Source: Octopus vulgaris
Taxonomy: Eukaryota
Reading direction: 5' to 3'
Assembly: GCA_951406725.2 (NCBI GenBank)
Contig: OX597828.1
Coordinates: 20,584,001-20,648,000, forward strand
DNA length: 64,000 nt
The translations under genes were made by a program, and so were the position numbers. Below the pieces are notes generated by a model. That model was not told where the DNA came from, did no database searches, and saw nothing but the letters and a program-made list of their open reading frames with translations. This document shows, in pieces, positions 44,301-58,002 of this stretch (positions are counted from its first letter, which is position 1; every line of letters starts with the position of its first letter).

Positions 44301-45347
44301 AAGGTAATTATCATTTACGTAATTAATGCGATTAGCGAGCAAACTCGTTAACGCTTCCGACAAGGTACTTAGTAGCATTTCTCCTAACTCTTAAAGTTCT
44401 GAGTTCAAATCTCGCTGAGATCAAATGCCCTTTCCCCCTTTTCGGGTTCGATATAATAAGGTGCCAGGCATGTACTAAGATCAATGCAATCAATTTATCT
44501 TCTCTCCTCAAAAATTGCTGGCCTTGAGCATAGATCAGAAAGTATTTTAGTTACTAGCGTAGTCGGTAGAGCGAAACACAAAACTACTTGTGCCATTTTG
44601 TTGTATCCCTTTACATTTCGAGTTCAAATCTCGTAGAGGCGAGATCGTCTTTATCCTTAATCATTCCAGGGTCCCTAAAATAAACAGTCGTTTGTTCATT
44701 TGTTGCCATTTTTGCCCCGAGAAAAGAAACATCAATTTTTGCGATAAATTCAGAAAATATTTTTCCATTAGAACTAATATTGATGGATGGCAGATTATAT
44801 TTTTAAAGATGATGTCCCGACATGGCCTCAGTCTATGGATATTATTAATAAAACATAGAATAATAATACTTCAAATATACATATAGATATAATTCATCCT
44901 ATCGAGAATTCTTTTTTAATACTTCAGCAGCAGACGAATATTTGATAAACATTTGTCTAACTGGATTTAGGAAGAGAGGGTGGGGAGAAAGAGAAGGTGA
45001 AAGGAAGAGAGGAATTATGGCAGCGTAATCCAAAATTTATTATTAGACGTCATACGTTTATTGTGATAACAATAAACAGCGCAAAAACATTTTTCCAATG
45101 TTATATAGTGGGATGTCACACAAGCATACAATACACACGTACATACATACATACATACGTACATACATACATACATACATACACACATACACACATGCAT
45201 ACATACATATAAACACGCATACATACAGACAAGTATACATGCATATATACGTAAATATATATCTGCACATACACGCACAAATACATTATATATATATATA
45301 CATATGCATACACACACACACACATACAGACACACACACACACACAC

Positions 45348-45394
<47 letters not shown>

Positions 45395-45533
45395 GTACAT
45401 GCATACATAATAGGTGTATATTATATATTATAATCTCTTAAAATTTAAATGACAGTGACTGCGAGCAGGATCTGTAGGTTATTCACACCATACGTGTGTG
45501 TATGTATGTATTTGTATATAAGATTGTATGTAT

Positions 45534-45940
45534 TGGCTGTGTGGTAAGTAGCTTGTTTACCAACCACATGGTTCCAGGTTCAGTCCCACTGCGTGGCACC
45601 TTGGGCAAGTGTCTTCTACTATAGCCTCGGGCCGACCAGAGCCTTGTGAGTGGATTTGGTAGACGGAAACTGAAAGAAGCCCGTCGTATATATATGTATA
45701 TATATATATATATGTATATATATGCGTGTGTGTGTTTGTGTGTCTGTGTTTGTCCCCTTAGCATTGCTTGACAACCGATGCTGGTGTGTTTATGTCCCCG
45801 TTACTTAGCAGTTCGGCAAAAGAGACCGATAGAATAAGTACTGGGCTTACAAAAGAATAAGTCCCGGGATCGAGTTGCTCGATTAAAGGCGGTGCTCCAG
45901 CATGGCCGCAGTCATGAAACAAGAAAAAGAGTAAAAGAGT
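45534..45940 (+). mobile_element. SINE family B
   Basis: Close match to 53857-54263. Confidence 0.85.
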
Positions 45941-46209
45941 ATATATATATAAGGTATATTAGAATATATGCTGGCCACTTGATGAAATTTTTTGAAAAAT
46001 TTTATCCTATATTAGAAGTAAATTTATTACCATTCACTTCGAGACTTGTGACCAGTCGAAGTTGTGATTCCTGACCGATTACACGTGTATTGAGGCTTGC
46101 TACGGAATTTATATTTAGTTATATTTGGGGTACTTATGTGTACACATGACTTTGCTTCTGCTTTTTTCCATGGGTGCTTGTAAGTATTTCATTTATTTCT
46201 TATCGTATT

Positions 46210-46265
46210 CTCTGCTGAAGAAGGAAATATCCGTTGCATTACTTTCGAAATCGATCGATACAGAG
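46210..46265 (+). ncRNA. Minimal type-I hammerhead ribozyme
   Basis: CUCUG-CUGAAGA-imperfect stem II-GAAA UCGAUCGA U-A-CAGAG; stem I 5 bp, palindromic AUCGAUCGAU stem III; lies in a ~460-bp cassette between (TA)n runs. Confidence 0.7.
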
Positions 46266-46411
46266 ATAACGCATTAAAAAAAAAAATTCTGTTAGCTTGC
46301 TTTCCCCAATTCAACACGATGTGTATTTATAGTGATGTATATTGTATGTGGTGATTTAAGGTCGTTTTCTCAGCGCATTGGCATAGAATTTTTTTCTTTT
46401 ACACTTATTTA

Positions 46412-46468
<57 letters not shown>

Positions 46469-46474
46469 AAAAAT

Positions 46475-46725
46475 AAATGCGCCATTTTAAAGCCTAGCCA
46501 GGCTCATGGGCCCGGTTTCCCGGTTTCTGTGGCGTATGTGTTCCCCAGCTGGACGGGACGCCAGTCTATCGCAGCGTTACTCATTTTTGCCAGCTGAGTG
46601 GACTGGTGCAACGTGAAAAGGAAATGTTTTGCTCAAGAACACAACGCGTCGCCCGGTCCAGGAATCGAAACCACAATCTTACGATCATGATGCTGACACC
46701 ATAACCACTAAGCCACGTACCTCCA
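46475..46725 (-). mobile_element. tRNA-headed SINE (family C head, different tail)
   Basis: Minus strand GTGGAGGTACGTGGCTTAGTGGTTA..GGTTTCGATTCC; tail GAAACCGGGAAACCGG shared with 52731-53043. Confidence 0.75.
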
Positions 46726-46775
<50 letters not shown>

Positions 46776-47147
46776 ATAATAATTCTAATTCTAATAATCC
46801 ATGGACGGAATTTATAAAATACATCGCTACGCGCCTTTCCACAGATCACATGTTTCTTAAGATCATAGCCCGTCACCACACACACTTCCATCTCTTTATG
46901 ACTACCATTTCTTCCGCTCTTTTCATTGCCTTCTGCTCCTCCCCACCAAATACACACACAAATAACCACATGCCCCAATCAGCTTTTTCATTGGCCAAAA
47001 TTGATAAACAACCCTCAGTTAAACATCCGTTAATGTCATATCGCCCGAAGAAATGAACGCATGAATATGATCTACCCGATATCCATGGATACTACGGACT
47101 GTAACGCAATCACCCCAGGAATACCGACTTATATTATTATTATTATC

Positions 47148-47594
47148 ATTGAGTGAGCGAGCAGAGCATGCCATCAAAGTGACACTGGGGTAAAATATAC
47201 GAAGCCCAGTATACCCATCATGACTACCCGTCCGATAAGGGCACACCAGGCACATGCATCACAACCATATGTGCGCGACATGGTGATCTCATATCAAGAT
47301 AAACTGCACATGACCTTGCAGGTGGAGCCCAGTTAGAATTTTCTTCAGATCGAGTAACCCATCCCGCTCAAAAGGTCCCCGAATAAGGGCTGTCCAAGGA
47401 CGTTGAACGAAACACTCATGTTTCCAGAGGTGAATTATTCAAACCCCAAAGAATCCCTCTCAACACATGCCTATGATGCTCCCCCACTACTTCTGCTCGT
47501 GATCAGAGATGCACATATCGTCAGCCACTAAGGGACATGCTCAACTGGTTAAGGTCAAACAACTGACAAGCAAATATGTGGTATTGAACAGAAT
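47148..47594 (-). mobile_element. Non-coding retroelement 3' segment inserted in (TAA)n
   Basis: Complex sequence bounded on both sides by (ATT)n; probably a LINE 3' UTR or a non-autonomous partner. Confidence 0.5.
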
Positions 47595-47601
47595 ATTATT
47601 A

Positions 47602-47669
<68 letters not shown>

Positions 47670-49210
47670 GTTAATGCCTTTGCACAGCTTCAAACGCTGG
47701 AGATGTATTAAAGTGTCAGCTGTTCACTATCAGTGAACTAAGGTAACACCTCTTAATTTTCGAGCACTTTCCGGAGTATTCGAGCGGTTCCAAGCAGTGC
47801 TGTTTTCTGCAAGTGCTCCAACCTTATTCCCAGGGCTCCGACTATTATTGGTACCACTGCTACCTTTTTCATAGACCACAACTGCTTAACTTCCAAAGCT
47901 AACCTCTCATATCTATCGACTTGTTGTCAGCTGGGCATGCTATATCTATGATCTAGTATGGTTTGTTTTCTTTCTCAATTAAGACTATGTCTGGCTTCCT
48001 ATTCCCTATCTCATGGTAGCACTGAATCATTAAATCCCACAGGATCTTTGCATTTCCATTTTCGGCGATGCCTTCAGGTTTGTGGTCGTACCAAGTTTTT
48101 GCTCTGTCATGTCCATACTTGTTGCAAAGTGTTCAATGAACAAGTCTGGCTATATTACCGTGGCGTCTCTTATATTCCTTCGGGGCTAGTGGTGTACATT
48201 AGCTGGTAATATGTCATACGGTTCCACTATTTTGTCCACAGATTCTGCACTTATCACTTTCTGTTGTGTTGTCTACTCTGTATTTTATATCATTTTTAGT
48301 GCTTGTAATTCTTAGTGCTTGCTCTTGGGTAGCACAGATTAGAGCTTACGTTTCCGGTTTTAAATCACTTTTAGTCATGCACAGTCATCTCTTTTCTCTG
48401 TCTGTCTTATCTTCAACATCCCTATGCAATTGAACCTGCATTCTTTTCTTTACCCACCTATTTTCAGTTTTATTCGTTTTCAATTTCTTGTATAGTGCTT
48501 TATCTTTGCAATCTTTCATCCTATACAAGCGTGACCTTCTTACTTCTAATCATAGCAGTTCTGTGGCATATTTACATACCATGCTATGTTGTTTTCTTCT
48601 GTTCTAATGCTGTGTTCATATCCAATAAGTCCTCTTCCCACTCTTTTTCTTAGTACATACAGTCTGTCTGTGTCACTTTTGGGTGGAGTGACCCATATCT
48701 AGATAGCAACTTCCTTGTCTTTCTATCTAAGCTGTTTAGTTCATCTACTGTCTATGCGATTACCCCTGCTCCTTATTAAGGAGTGAAACTGCCCAAGTGT
48801 TGATAGCTTCAGTCTTATTCCGTCCGTTTAATTTCGACTTGAGGATCAGTCTCAGTCTGCGCAAATACTCCACCCTAAATTGTTCTGTTATTTCTTACTC
48901 CATCAATTTATCCATTTCCAAAATCCCCAAGTACTTATAGCCCGTCTCTTCTATCTGCTTCATAATCCCCACCGACGGTATCTTTAGCCCGTCCATACAT
49001 TTGATTTTGCCTCTCTTCAAGACTAACACACCACACTTTCTCAGTCCGAACTCCATTCTGATATCAGCACTGAAGGTATACACCGTATCAACGAGGGAAC
49101 TGACTTGGGCTTCATCTTTACCATAAAGTTTGAGGTCATCCATGAATAACAAATGGTTGACTTTTTGTTGGTGGCTTTTGAATACATACCCAGCCTTTGC
49201 TTTCCTTAGT
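47670..49210 (-). pseudogene. R4/Dong-clade non-LTR retrotransposon 3' half (RT, CCHC knuckle, restriction-like endonuclease)
   Basis: LFMDDLKLY..MEFGLRKC..YKYLGILE (ORF 48895..49152); hand translation CRICGQ..HITS.C..EYKRRH and KPDIVLI..IIDIACP..VPIIVGALG; 3' end abuts (TAA)n; many stops. Confidence 0.85.
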
Positions 49211-49246
49211 TATCAGACAAGGTGGCAGTGTTTGGTGGGAGGAAAG

Positions 49247-49343
<97 letters not shown>

Positions 49344-49585
49344 GGGTGGATGGGTTGAGCGTAAGTTTGCGTTTAGCTACGTCTATGTTAATAATGTCAG
49401 GTGGAGTGTAGGTGTAAGCTTATGTGGGGAGGCGCGTACATGGGCAGAGGGTAGATATGTGTGAGTAGGTGCATCTTCGTGAGCGGGCATAAGACAGAGA
49501 GATAGATAGAGAAAGAAACAAACAAACAAACAAAAAAAAGAGAGAAACAAAAAGGGAGAGAGGGAGAGAAAGGGAGAGAGAAAGA

Positions 49586-49668
<83 letters not shown>

Positions 49669-49854
49669 TGTGTGCGTGTCGGTCTGGGGAATGGCAAGTT
49701 CAAAAGAAATTATGTCTTGCCACAAAAAGAACTCAGATAAATCTGGGAGTGAATAAAATATTTAATCCGAAATCGTTAATCCGACAACATATATGTTGTC
49801 GGACAAACGTTTATGGATTACACACACACATATATATATATGCACATACATATT

Positions 49855-50025
<171 letters not shown>

Positions 50026-50243
50026 GTAAATATGTACATATGTATATATGAGTATATATGTATACATATGCATGTACATGTGTGTGTATAAAAATACACG
50101 TATGTATGTAGGTAGGTAGGTGCATGGGTGGGGTGGGAGGGTGTGTGCGCATAAAACATTGTCAGTTTCGATCTGCGAATGTTATGCAATAAATCATAAT
50201 TACGATTTGTTTTATAAGAAAGAAGGGAGGAAAGAAAGAACGA

Positions 50244-50322
<79 letters not shown>

Positions 50323-50606
50323 GGAGAGAGAAAGAAAGCGAAACATTTGCATGAAATTTAGGCGGAGTTAATCTTGGGTAGGGTTACCTTATAAGGAGGT
50401 GAGCGGTTCTATGACTAGAATTTGGAAAACGGTCGTTGCATTCGAAGAATTGATAGGATGAGAGTTGTTTATAAAATAATGGATATGAAAGAACTGAAAA
50501 AGAAAGTTATATGTGTATGTATGCGTGCGTGTGTGTATATATATATAAAATAACAGAAATTGTATATATATATATATATATATATATGTGCGTGTGTGTG
50601 TGTGTA

Positions 50607-50751
50607 AGCGCAGGAATGGTTTGCTTACTAACCACATGGTTCCGGGTTCAGTCCCACTGCGTGGCACCTTGGGCAAGTGACTTCTACTATAGCCTTGGGC
50701 TGACCAAAGCCTTGTGAGTGTATTTGGTAGACGGAAACTGAAAGAAGTCTG

Positions 50752-50820
<69 letters not shown>

Positions 50821-51003
50821 TATGTCTGTGTTTGTCCTCCTACCATCGCTCGATAACCGATACCAGTGTGTTCACATCCCCGTAACTTAGCGGTTCGACA
50901 AAAAAATCCGATAGAATAAGTACTAGACCGATTTCTTCGACTAAAGGCGGTGCTCCAGCATGGCCGAAGTCAAATGACTGAAACAAATAAAAGAATAAAA
51001 GAA
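50607..51003 (+). mobile_element. SINE family B
   Basis: Family B body and tail. Confidence 0.85.
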
Positions 51004-51232
51004 TGTATACAGAGAGAGCGAGCGAGAGTTAACAGCGTCTCGTTTACTCATTTTAGACAGTGAGATAAATTGAACAGAGAGCGAGAGAAAAGAGGAAGTC
51101 TGTTAGCGTTCAAAACACTATAAAATATATAATTTATGGCAGAAACGTTAGCATTCTGCACAGAATTCTTAGCATTTCTTACGGTTTCACGCTTTGAGTT
51201 CAAATTTCGTCGGTGTCTCCTCTTCTTTTAAA

Positions 51233-51640
51233 AGGCGGCGAGCTGGCAGAAACGTTAGCACGCCGGACAAAATTCGTAGCGGTATATCGTCTGTCTTTAC
51301 GTTCTGAGTTCAAATTCTATCAAGGTCAACTTTGCCTTTCATCCTTTCGGGGTCGATAAATTAAGTACCAGTTGCGTACTGGGGCAGATCTAATCGACTG
51401 TGCCCCTCCCCCAAAATTTCGGGCCTTGTGCCTAGAGTAGAAAAGAATACTTAGTGGTATTTCGTCTGCCGTTACGTTCTGAGTTCAAATTCCACCGAGG
51501 TCGACTTTGCCTTTCATCCTTTCGGGGTTGATTAAATAAGTACCAGTTACGCACTGGGGTTGGTATAATCGACTTAATCCGTTTGTCTGTCCTTGTTTGT
51601 CCCCTCTGTGTGTAGCCCCTTGTGGGCAGTAAAGAAATAA
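51233..51640 (+). mobile_element. SINE family A, dimeric
   Basis: GGCGGCGAGCTGGCAGAAACGTTAGCACG head plus two bodies. Confidence 0.85.
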
Positions 51641-52334
51641 GAAACTAAACATGTTTTATTTTTTTGTTTTGTTTTTCTTTTAGTCTTTTTGCAAGAATTT
51701 TGATCTGTAATCGTGTAATGAAACCAATATTGTTATAATTCGGATAATTCATAAATAGTAATCATTTTTAATTTATGCTCAAGTCCTGAAATTTTAATGG
51801 GGAGGCGGATAGGCTGTTACATCGACCCCAATCATTAACTGATAATTATTTTCTCGACCCCCCTCCCCATTCCCTTTGCCGGAATTTGGACTCAGAACTT
51901 ATATAAAGACGGACTTAATGCCGTTAAGCCTTGTGTCCGGCGTGTTGATAATGCTGCCAATTCACCGCCTTAAGAAGTTATAACTAATAAAGCCTATAAA
52001 TGCATCCATCGGTTGTTGCTTGTATATATGTCTCTTTTTCTGATGTAATCTTTGCTCCTTTACTTACGTGAAAATGCAATCGTAACTTTTACTTTATTTT
52101 AAGATGGCAGAGTAATGTGAAGGATTTAAGATCCTTTTATGGAAATTTAATTTTTTTTTTAATGTCAGTAAATAGTTCCAAATCATACAGCAGTAAATAC
52201 GTCTGTAAAGGGTTCCAAGACATGCGACTTAACTCGGAAAACGCCTTAAAACGAAAAAGACATTTTTAAAACATTTTTTTAGTTCATTTCTTTTTTAATG
52301 ATTTGTATATATTCTTTTCCATGGTTTGTAAATA

Positions 52335-52602
52335 TTCTTTTCTACTCTAGGCACAAGGCCCGAAATTTTTGTGGAGGTGACCAATCGATTAGATCGACCC
52401 AAGTACACAACTGGTACTTAATTTATCGAGCCCGAAAGGATGAAAGGCAAAGTCGACCTCGGAGGAATTTGAACTCAGAACATAAAGATAGACGAAATAC
52501 CTATTTCTTTACTACCCACAAGGGGCTAAACACAGAGGTGAAAAACAAGGACAGACAAACAGATTAAGTCGATTATATTGACCCCAGTGCGTAACTGGTA
52601 CT
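52335..52602 (-). mobile_element. SINE family A fragment
   Basis: Reverse copy of the dimer junction. Confidence 0.8.
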
Positions 52603-52730
52603 TAACTAAAGGGTTTGTGTATATTTCAACATTTATTATTTTGATTTTGCTCTTCAGTTTTAGTTTTATACGTTTTTATTTTTATTTTTATGCTATTCTA
52701 AACATTTTTGCTGAGGCCAATATAAAGTCG

Positions 52731-53043
52731 TGGAGGCACAAGGCCTAGTAGTTAGAGAAGCGGACACGCGGTCGAGGGATCTCTGGTTCGAATCTCAGAC
52801 CGGGCGATGTATGTGTTTATGAGCGAAACACCTAAGCTCCACGTGGCTCCGGCAGAAGGTAATGGCGAACTTCTGATGACTCTTTCGCCATAACTTTCTC
52901 TCACTCTTTCCTCCTGCATCTTGCAGCTCACCTGCGACGGATGGGCATCCCGTCCAGGTGAGGAACCTATACGCCATGGAAACCGGGAAACCGGCCCTAT
53001 GAGCCAGGCGTGGCTCGAGAAGGAACAAACAACAACAACAACA
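52731..53043 (+). mobile_element. tRNA-headed SINE with (CAA)n tail
   Basis: GGCCTAGTAGTTAGAG..GGTTCGAATCTC boxes; ends AAACAACAACAACAACAA. Confidence 0.75.
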
Positions 53044-53404
53044 ATATAAAGTTGGATAAACTAACTGAAGTTTAAGGTTTATTTTCACCGTTAATTTCTT
53101 AGAAAATAAAATCAACGTAAAGTTGAATAAAACGCATTTCGAAACGATGTAAGTTGCGGTATGCTTGTATTTTCCACAATATCAACTTATGACTTTCTCA
53201 AATGATTAATTAATTGTTAACTGATTTTAATGTGTACACTCCTTGAAAAAGACCGCAGACTAATATGGAGCAAAACACCTTCGGGTATATAGACACAGCC
53301 ATTACCAGATTTTATGCAATATAAGGCACACTTCTTTCTAAAAAATATTTAAACTAAATCATCCTGGATCCCATGTGAGAAGTAGGGCTTATAACGTTTT
53401 CAAA

Positions 53405-53637
53405 AATTTGGCACAGGGCCAGCAATTTCAGTGAGGGGTGTAAGTCGATTACATCGATTCCAGTATTCAACTGGTACTTATTTTATCGACCCCGAAAGGA
53501 TGAAAGATAAATGATGAAAGATAAAGGATGAAAGATAAAGGCGACCTCGGCGGAATTTGAACTCAGAACGTAAAGACGGGCGAAACGCTACTAAGCATCT
53601 TGTTAGGCGTGCTAATGATTCTGCCATGTCGCCGCCT
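53405..53637 (-). mobile_element. SINE family A with an internal short triplication
   Basis: Reverse copy; GATGAAAGATAAA repeated three times at ~53499-53539. Confidence 0.8.
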
Positions 53638-53856
53638 CAAAATTGGGTCTTATAGACCCAATTTTAAGGCGGTGATATAATGCACTGAAAACCGTAATTT
53701 TCCTGAATATGCGCTGCTGGAATAAGACTGCATCTAACATCACCGTTTGTTTTTTATGCCATCAAATACCGCATTTTGTTTTTTTTAATACAAAGAAAAT
53801 AAATATAGACAAACAGTAACTGGTGAGTCTCTTTATAGGCTTATTAGTTATGGCTC

Positions 53857-54263
53857 AGGAGTGGCTGTGTGGTAAGTAGCTTGCTAACCAACCACATGGT
53901 TCCGGGTTCAGTCCCACTGCGTGGCATCTTGGGCAAGTGTCTTCTGCTATAGCCTCGGGCCGACCAAAGCCTTGTGAGTGGATTTGGTAGACGGAAACTG
54001 AAAGAAGCCTGTCGTATATATGTATATATATATATGTGTGTGTGTTTATGTGTCTGTGTTTGTTCCCCTAGCATTGCTTGACAACTGATGCTGGTGTGTT
54101 TACGTCTCCGTCACTTAGCGGTTCGGCAAAAAGAGACCGATAGAATAAGTACTGGACTTACAAAAAGAATAAGTCCCGGGGTCGAGTTGCTCGACTAAAG
54201 GCGGTGCTCCAGCATGGCCGCAGTCAAATGACTGAAACAAGTAAAAGAGTAAAGAGTAAAGAG
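53857..54263 (+). mobile_element. SINE family B, near consensus
   Basis: Complete head to (GTAAAAGA) tail. Confidence 0.88.
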
Positions 54264-54739
54264 TTACTGTCATAGCATTCAATGTGTATACTATGTATAG
54301 CGGAAAAAAGATTGTGAATATATAAGTAAACGAAGCCAAATACCTCTTTGCCAAAAATAAAAAAAAAAAAATGGGATAATATAATAAAAAATGGTTTTGG
54401 GATAATATAAATACTTTCGCTTACCCAAGCGAATACATGGAATCACTGGTTTGTAATAACCTTTTTGATAAAGGGTTCATTTGAAGTGAAGTAAGATATA
54501 TTTTCGATAATGTATTATATGGTAGGTCTTTTAGGTTCAGGTATGTAGGATAATGTTATAAGAATTTTGTTATATAAACATCGTTTTGTAAGCTGCATAG
54601 GAAACAACTTCGTAAATAAAAATAAAAGCAGAACCGTAAAAGAATATTAACTAAATGAAAAAATATAAGCAAACTGAATACGGTCACATTAAGAATTTGC
54701 CAATGTATTAAAGAGCTTATAATTACGTGTGAGCTTATA

Positions 54740-54806
<67 letters not shown>

Positions 54807-54917
54807 TGATGAGCTTCTGTTATGCGTTATGGATAAAGAAGTTAATAGTAAAATAATGTTGCTAATACATTATGTACGCACACATAGACATGCACAAACA
54901 CACAGAGGAGTGTGTGA

Positions 54918-54985
<68 letters not shown>

Positions 54986-55368
54986 GTATATATTAAAAAC
55001 AAGAAGGAAATGCTTTGAAATCTTTACCATGGATGAAAGCAAGAAAGATCCATGGTAAAGCTCTAAGCAGTTTCTTCTCGCATATCAATATATATTTACT
55101 TCATGTGAAACCTCTGCAACATTTCAATACATACATACATGTATACATGTGTGTATGCGTGTGTGAGTGTGTGTGTTTGCGCGTGTATTTGCATACATTT
55201 ATATAGATAGATGAATAGTATTAAAAGTGAAAGAAGTTAAAGAATATATTCATGTGTTCCAAAGATAGTCACAAAACTATTATAATTACATGGTTTTATC
55301 CTACTAATGTCGCTTCTTAAAGTTGATATGTTTTGAGATTATAGTGTAGATAAGCTTTGAGGCTTAGA

Positions 55369-55415
<47 letters not shown>

Positions 55416-55514
55416 TTATTTATCTATCTATCTATTTATCTACCTATCTATCTATCTATTTATTTATTTATTTATCTATCTATTTATCTACCTATCTATC
55501 TATCTTTCTATCTT

Positions 55515-55579
<65 letters not shown>

Positions 55580-55632
55580 TTATCTATCTATTTATCTATC
55601 TACCTACCTACCTACCTATCTATCTATATATA

Positions 55633-55683
<51 letters not shown>

Positions 55684-55834
55684 GAAACTTTTTTACCACA
55701 TCTATACACCACTTTACTGGAATAATGGAACTGTAACTACAATATTTAATATGTTATTTCTACTTTCGTTCTCTTCTTTTCCTCTATTATCCCTGTCTCC
55801 CCCCCCCCTCTTTTCCATTTACCTCTCTCACATT

Positions 55835-55882
55835 GTCTCTGATGAAGTGATATCTATAATATCCCAGAAACAGTTGTAAGAC
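55835..55882 (+). ncRNA. Minimal type-I hammerhead ribozyme
   Basis: GUCU-CUGAUGA-AGUGAUAU CUAUA AUAUCCCA-GAAAC AGUU GU-A-AGAC; in a ~265-bp cassette between (TG)n and (TA)n. Confidence 0.68.
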
Positions 55883-55944
55883 TATATCTCATCCTTATAA
55901 AAGTCCTGAAAACTCCTCACAGCCTTGGCTTTGTTATGTTGTTG

Positions 55945-55987
<43 letters not shown>

Positions 55988-56289
55988 CGCACGGGTGACT
56001 CTGTGGTAAGATACTTGCTTCCCAACCACATGTTGGTGTGTTTACATCCCTGTAATTTAGCGGTTCGGCAAAGAAAAAGTACTAGGCTTACATAGAATAA
56101 GTCCTGGGGTCGATTTGTTCGACCAAAGGTGGTGGTACATCATGGCTGCAGAATGAAAAAAGAATATACATATATATACATGTACATATATATGCATGTA
56201 TGTGTGCGTATGTATGTGTGTATATATATGTGTGTATATATATATATATATATCCATACATAATTATATATATATATATATATACATAC

Positions 56290-56585
56290 TTCTACACATC
56301 GCATAACAATACGGCACAATTTTTTCACCTCAGTTGGCCCCACTCTCTTTAACATTACACCAAAACACATTAAAGCAGAAACACACCTCATAAATTTCAA
56401 GAAGTCTTTGGACAAATTCATTCAAAGAATCCCGGATAAACCTCCTAAACTCCGATATGTCTCCATGAACAATAAATCTCTCCACTAGTGAGCCATGTTG
56501 TCCGATTCCTGATTTGAATGTCTCTGCCAGGTGGTGCTATTAAGTTAGACATGGTCTGGGCCAATACTGGCCGAAACCAATCAAA

Positions 56586-56587
<2 letters not shown>
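56290..56587 (+). mobile_element. CR1/L2-group LINE 3' fragment
   Basis: Hand translation [40 protein letters not shown]; ends in (TA)n. Confidence 0.6.
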
Positions 56588-56626
<39 letters not shown>

Positions 56627-56627
<1 letters not shown>

Positions 56628-56825
56628 CCATGATAGATCGTTAGCCACGACACACATTTTTTACTCTTCTTGTTTCTCTCCTTGTTTTGTCTGTGTCCCT
56701 TTCTGTAGAAGAGCGTAGGCTCGAAACGTAAAAGACTTTTTCTATTCCTGAGCGTTATTCTAATACATTTGCTTGTTTTGTACTCCACCTGTCTTCGTCA
56801 TTTGTTTTTTTCGTAAACTCTTCCT
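56627..56825 (+). mobile_element. Short Penelope-like terminal-repeat cassette (paralog of 16795-17030)
   Basis: Shared GAAGAGCGTAGGCTCGAAACGT and TTCCTGAGCG..CTAATACA.TTG; (TA)n on both sides. Confidence 0.55.
56699..56734 (+). ncRNA. Hammerhead-like motif with variant core
   Basis: CUUU-CUGUAGA-A-GAGC GUAG GCUC-GAAAC GU-A-AAAG. Confidence 0.45.
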
Positions 56826-56855
56826 ATATACATATATACATACGCACACACACAC

Positions 56856-56896
<41 letters not shown>

Positions 56897-56898
56897 CA

Positions 56899-56944
<46 letters not shown>

Positions 56945-57069
56945 CATGTACGTATATGGGAAGGTCTTTTGTTGCCTTGTACAGCATTGCTTCAACTTGG
57001 TGCTCTATTTTAGATTGTAAGTTCTTGTTTCTTCGATCTCCATATTAATCGAGATAATATTGTTTATTA

Positions 57070-57279
57070 TGAGGTTGGTGCATAATTATTGCGTCTATTT
57101 TATTCAACAAAAACAATAACAACATTTAACAAAACCATCTTTAAATGATTATTCTGGAGCATATTCACCATCTACTTCAAATTCTGTTTGGCGTTTTGTT
57201 AAAATTGGTGTTTTGTTTTTAGTTTATTGTTGAATAAAATTTATTGAAAAAAAGCCGCAATAATTATGCACCAACCAAA
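57070..57279. mobile_element. Mariner-derived MITE (210 bp)
   Basis: TIRs GGTTGGTGCATAATTATTGCG / CGCAATAATTATGCACCAACC with TA target duplication. Confidence 0.85.
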
Positions 57280-57909
57280 TACTTCTATTGAGATTTGTAA
57301 AAATGTGAATGTGTTTATTACTGCGTACCTTAAATGAGAATAGAGGGAAGGTAGGTGTAAAATTGCGAGGAATTATTAGATTGTACGTTACATTGATAAA
57401 CTGTTTCACGAACTAGACCCTTAGATTGTAAGTGGCGAGTGCGGAATTGTTACAATTTTAATTTGTATTAGTTTTAAGATTACAGATGGGATTAAAGAGA
57501 TTGTAGAAATTAATCTTATACGTGTCAAATGAGGAAACAAAAATTGGGTGAAATTTACAAAGGTGAAATAAGTGACTTCTATGGTAGATATTTTAATGAC
57601 TATTTTATTTCTATGCTACGGATGGAAGTGTTGTTTTAAATCGCTTGGGTATCTCAGTTAACTTAAGAACGGTGATTATTGTAACTAACATTTCTTTCAT
57701 ATCTCTAATTATGTGGTGTTATATTCATAGCGCATTCAATATAAATTTTGTTTCTCTAAAACCACCTCATGGATCACATATTAGCAAGATATGCTTTTTA
57801 AATATATTTGGTAATTAAGACAGTGATTATAAAATCTAAGAAATTTTTCTAATTATATTATTCAGAATATCCTTGGGTGGGTCGAAAGGTTATTCACATA
57901 TATAAATAT

Positions 57910-57955
<46 letters not shown>

Positions 57956-57967
57956 AATATATATTTC

Positions 57968-58002
<35 letters not shown>

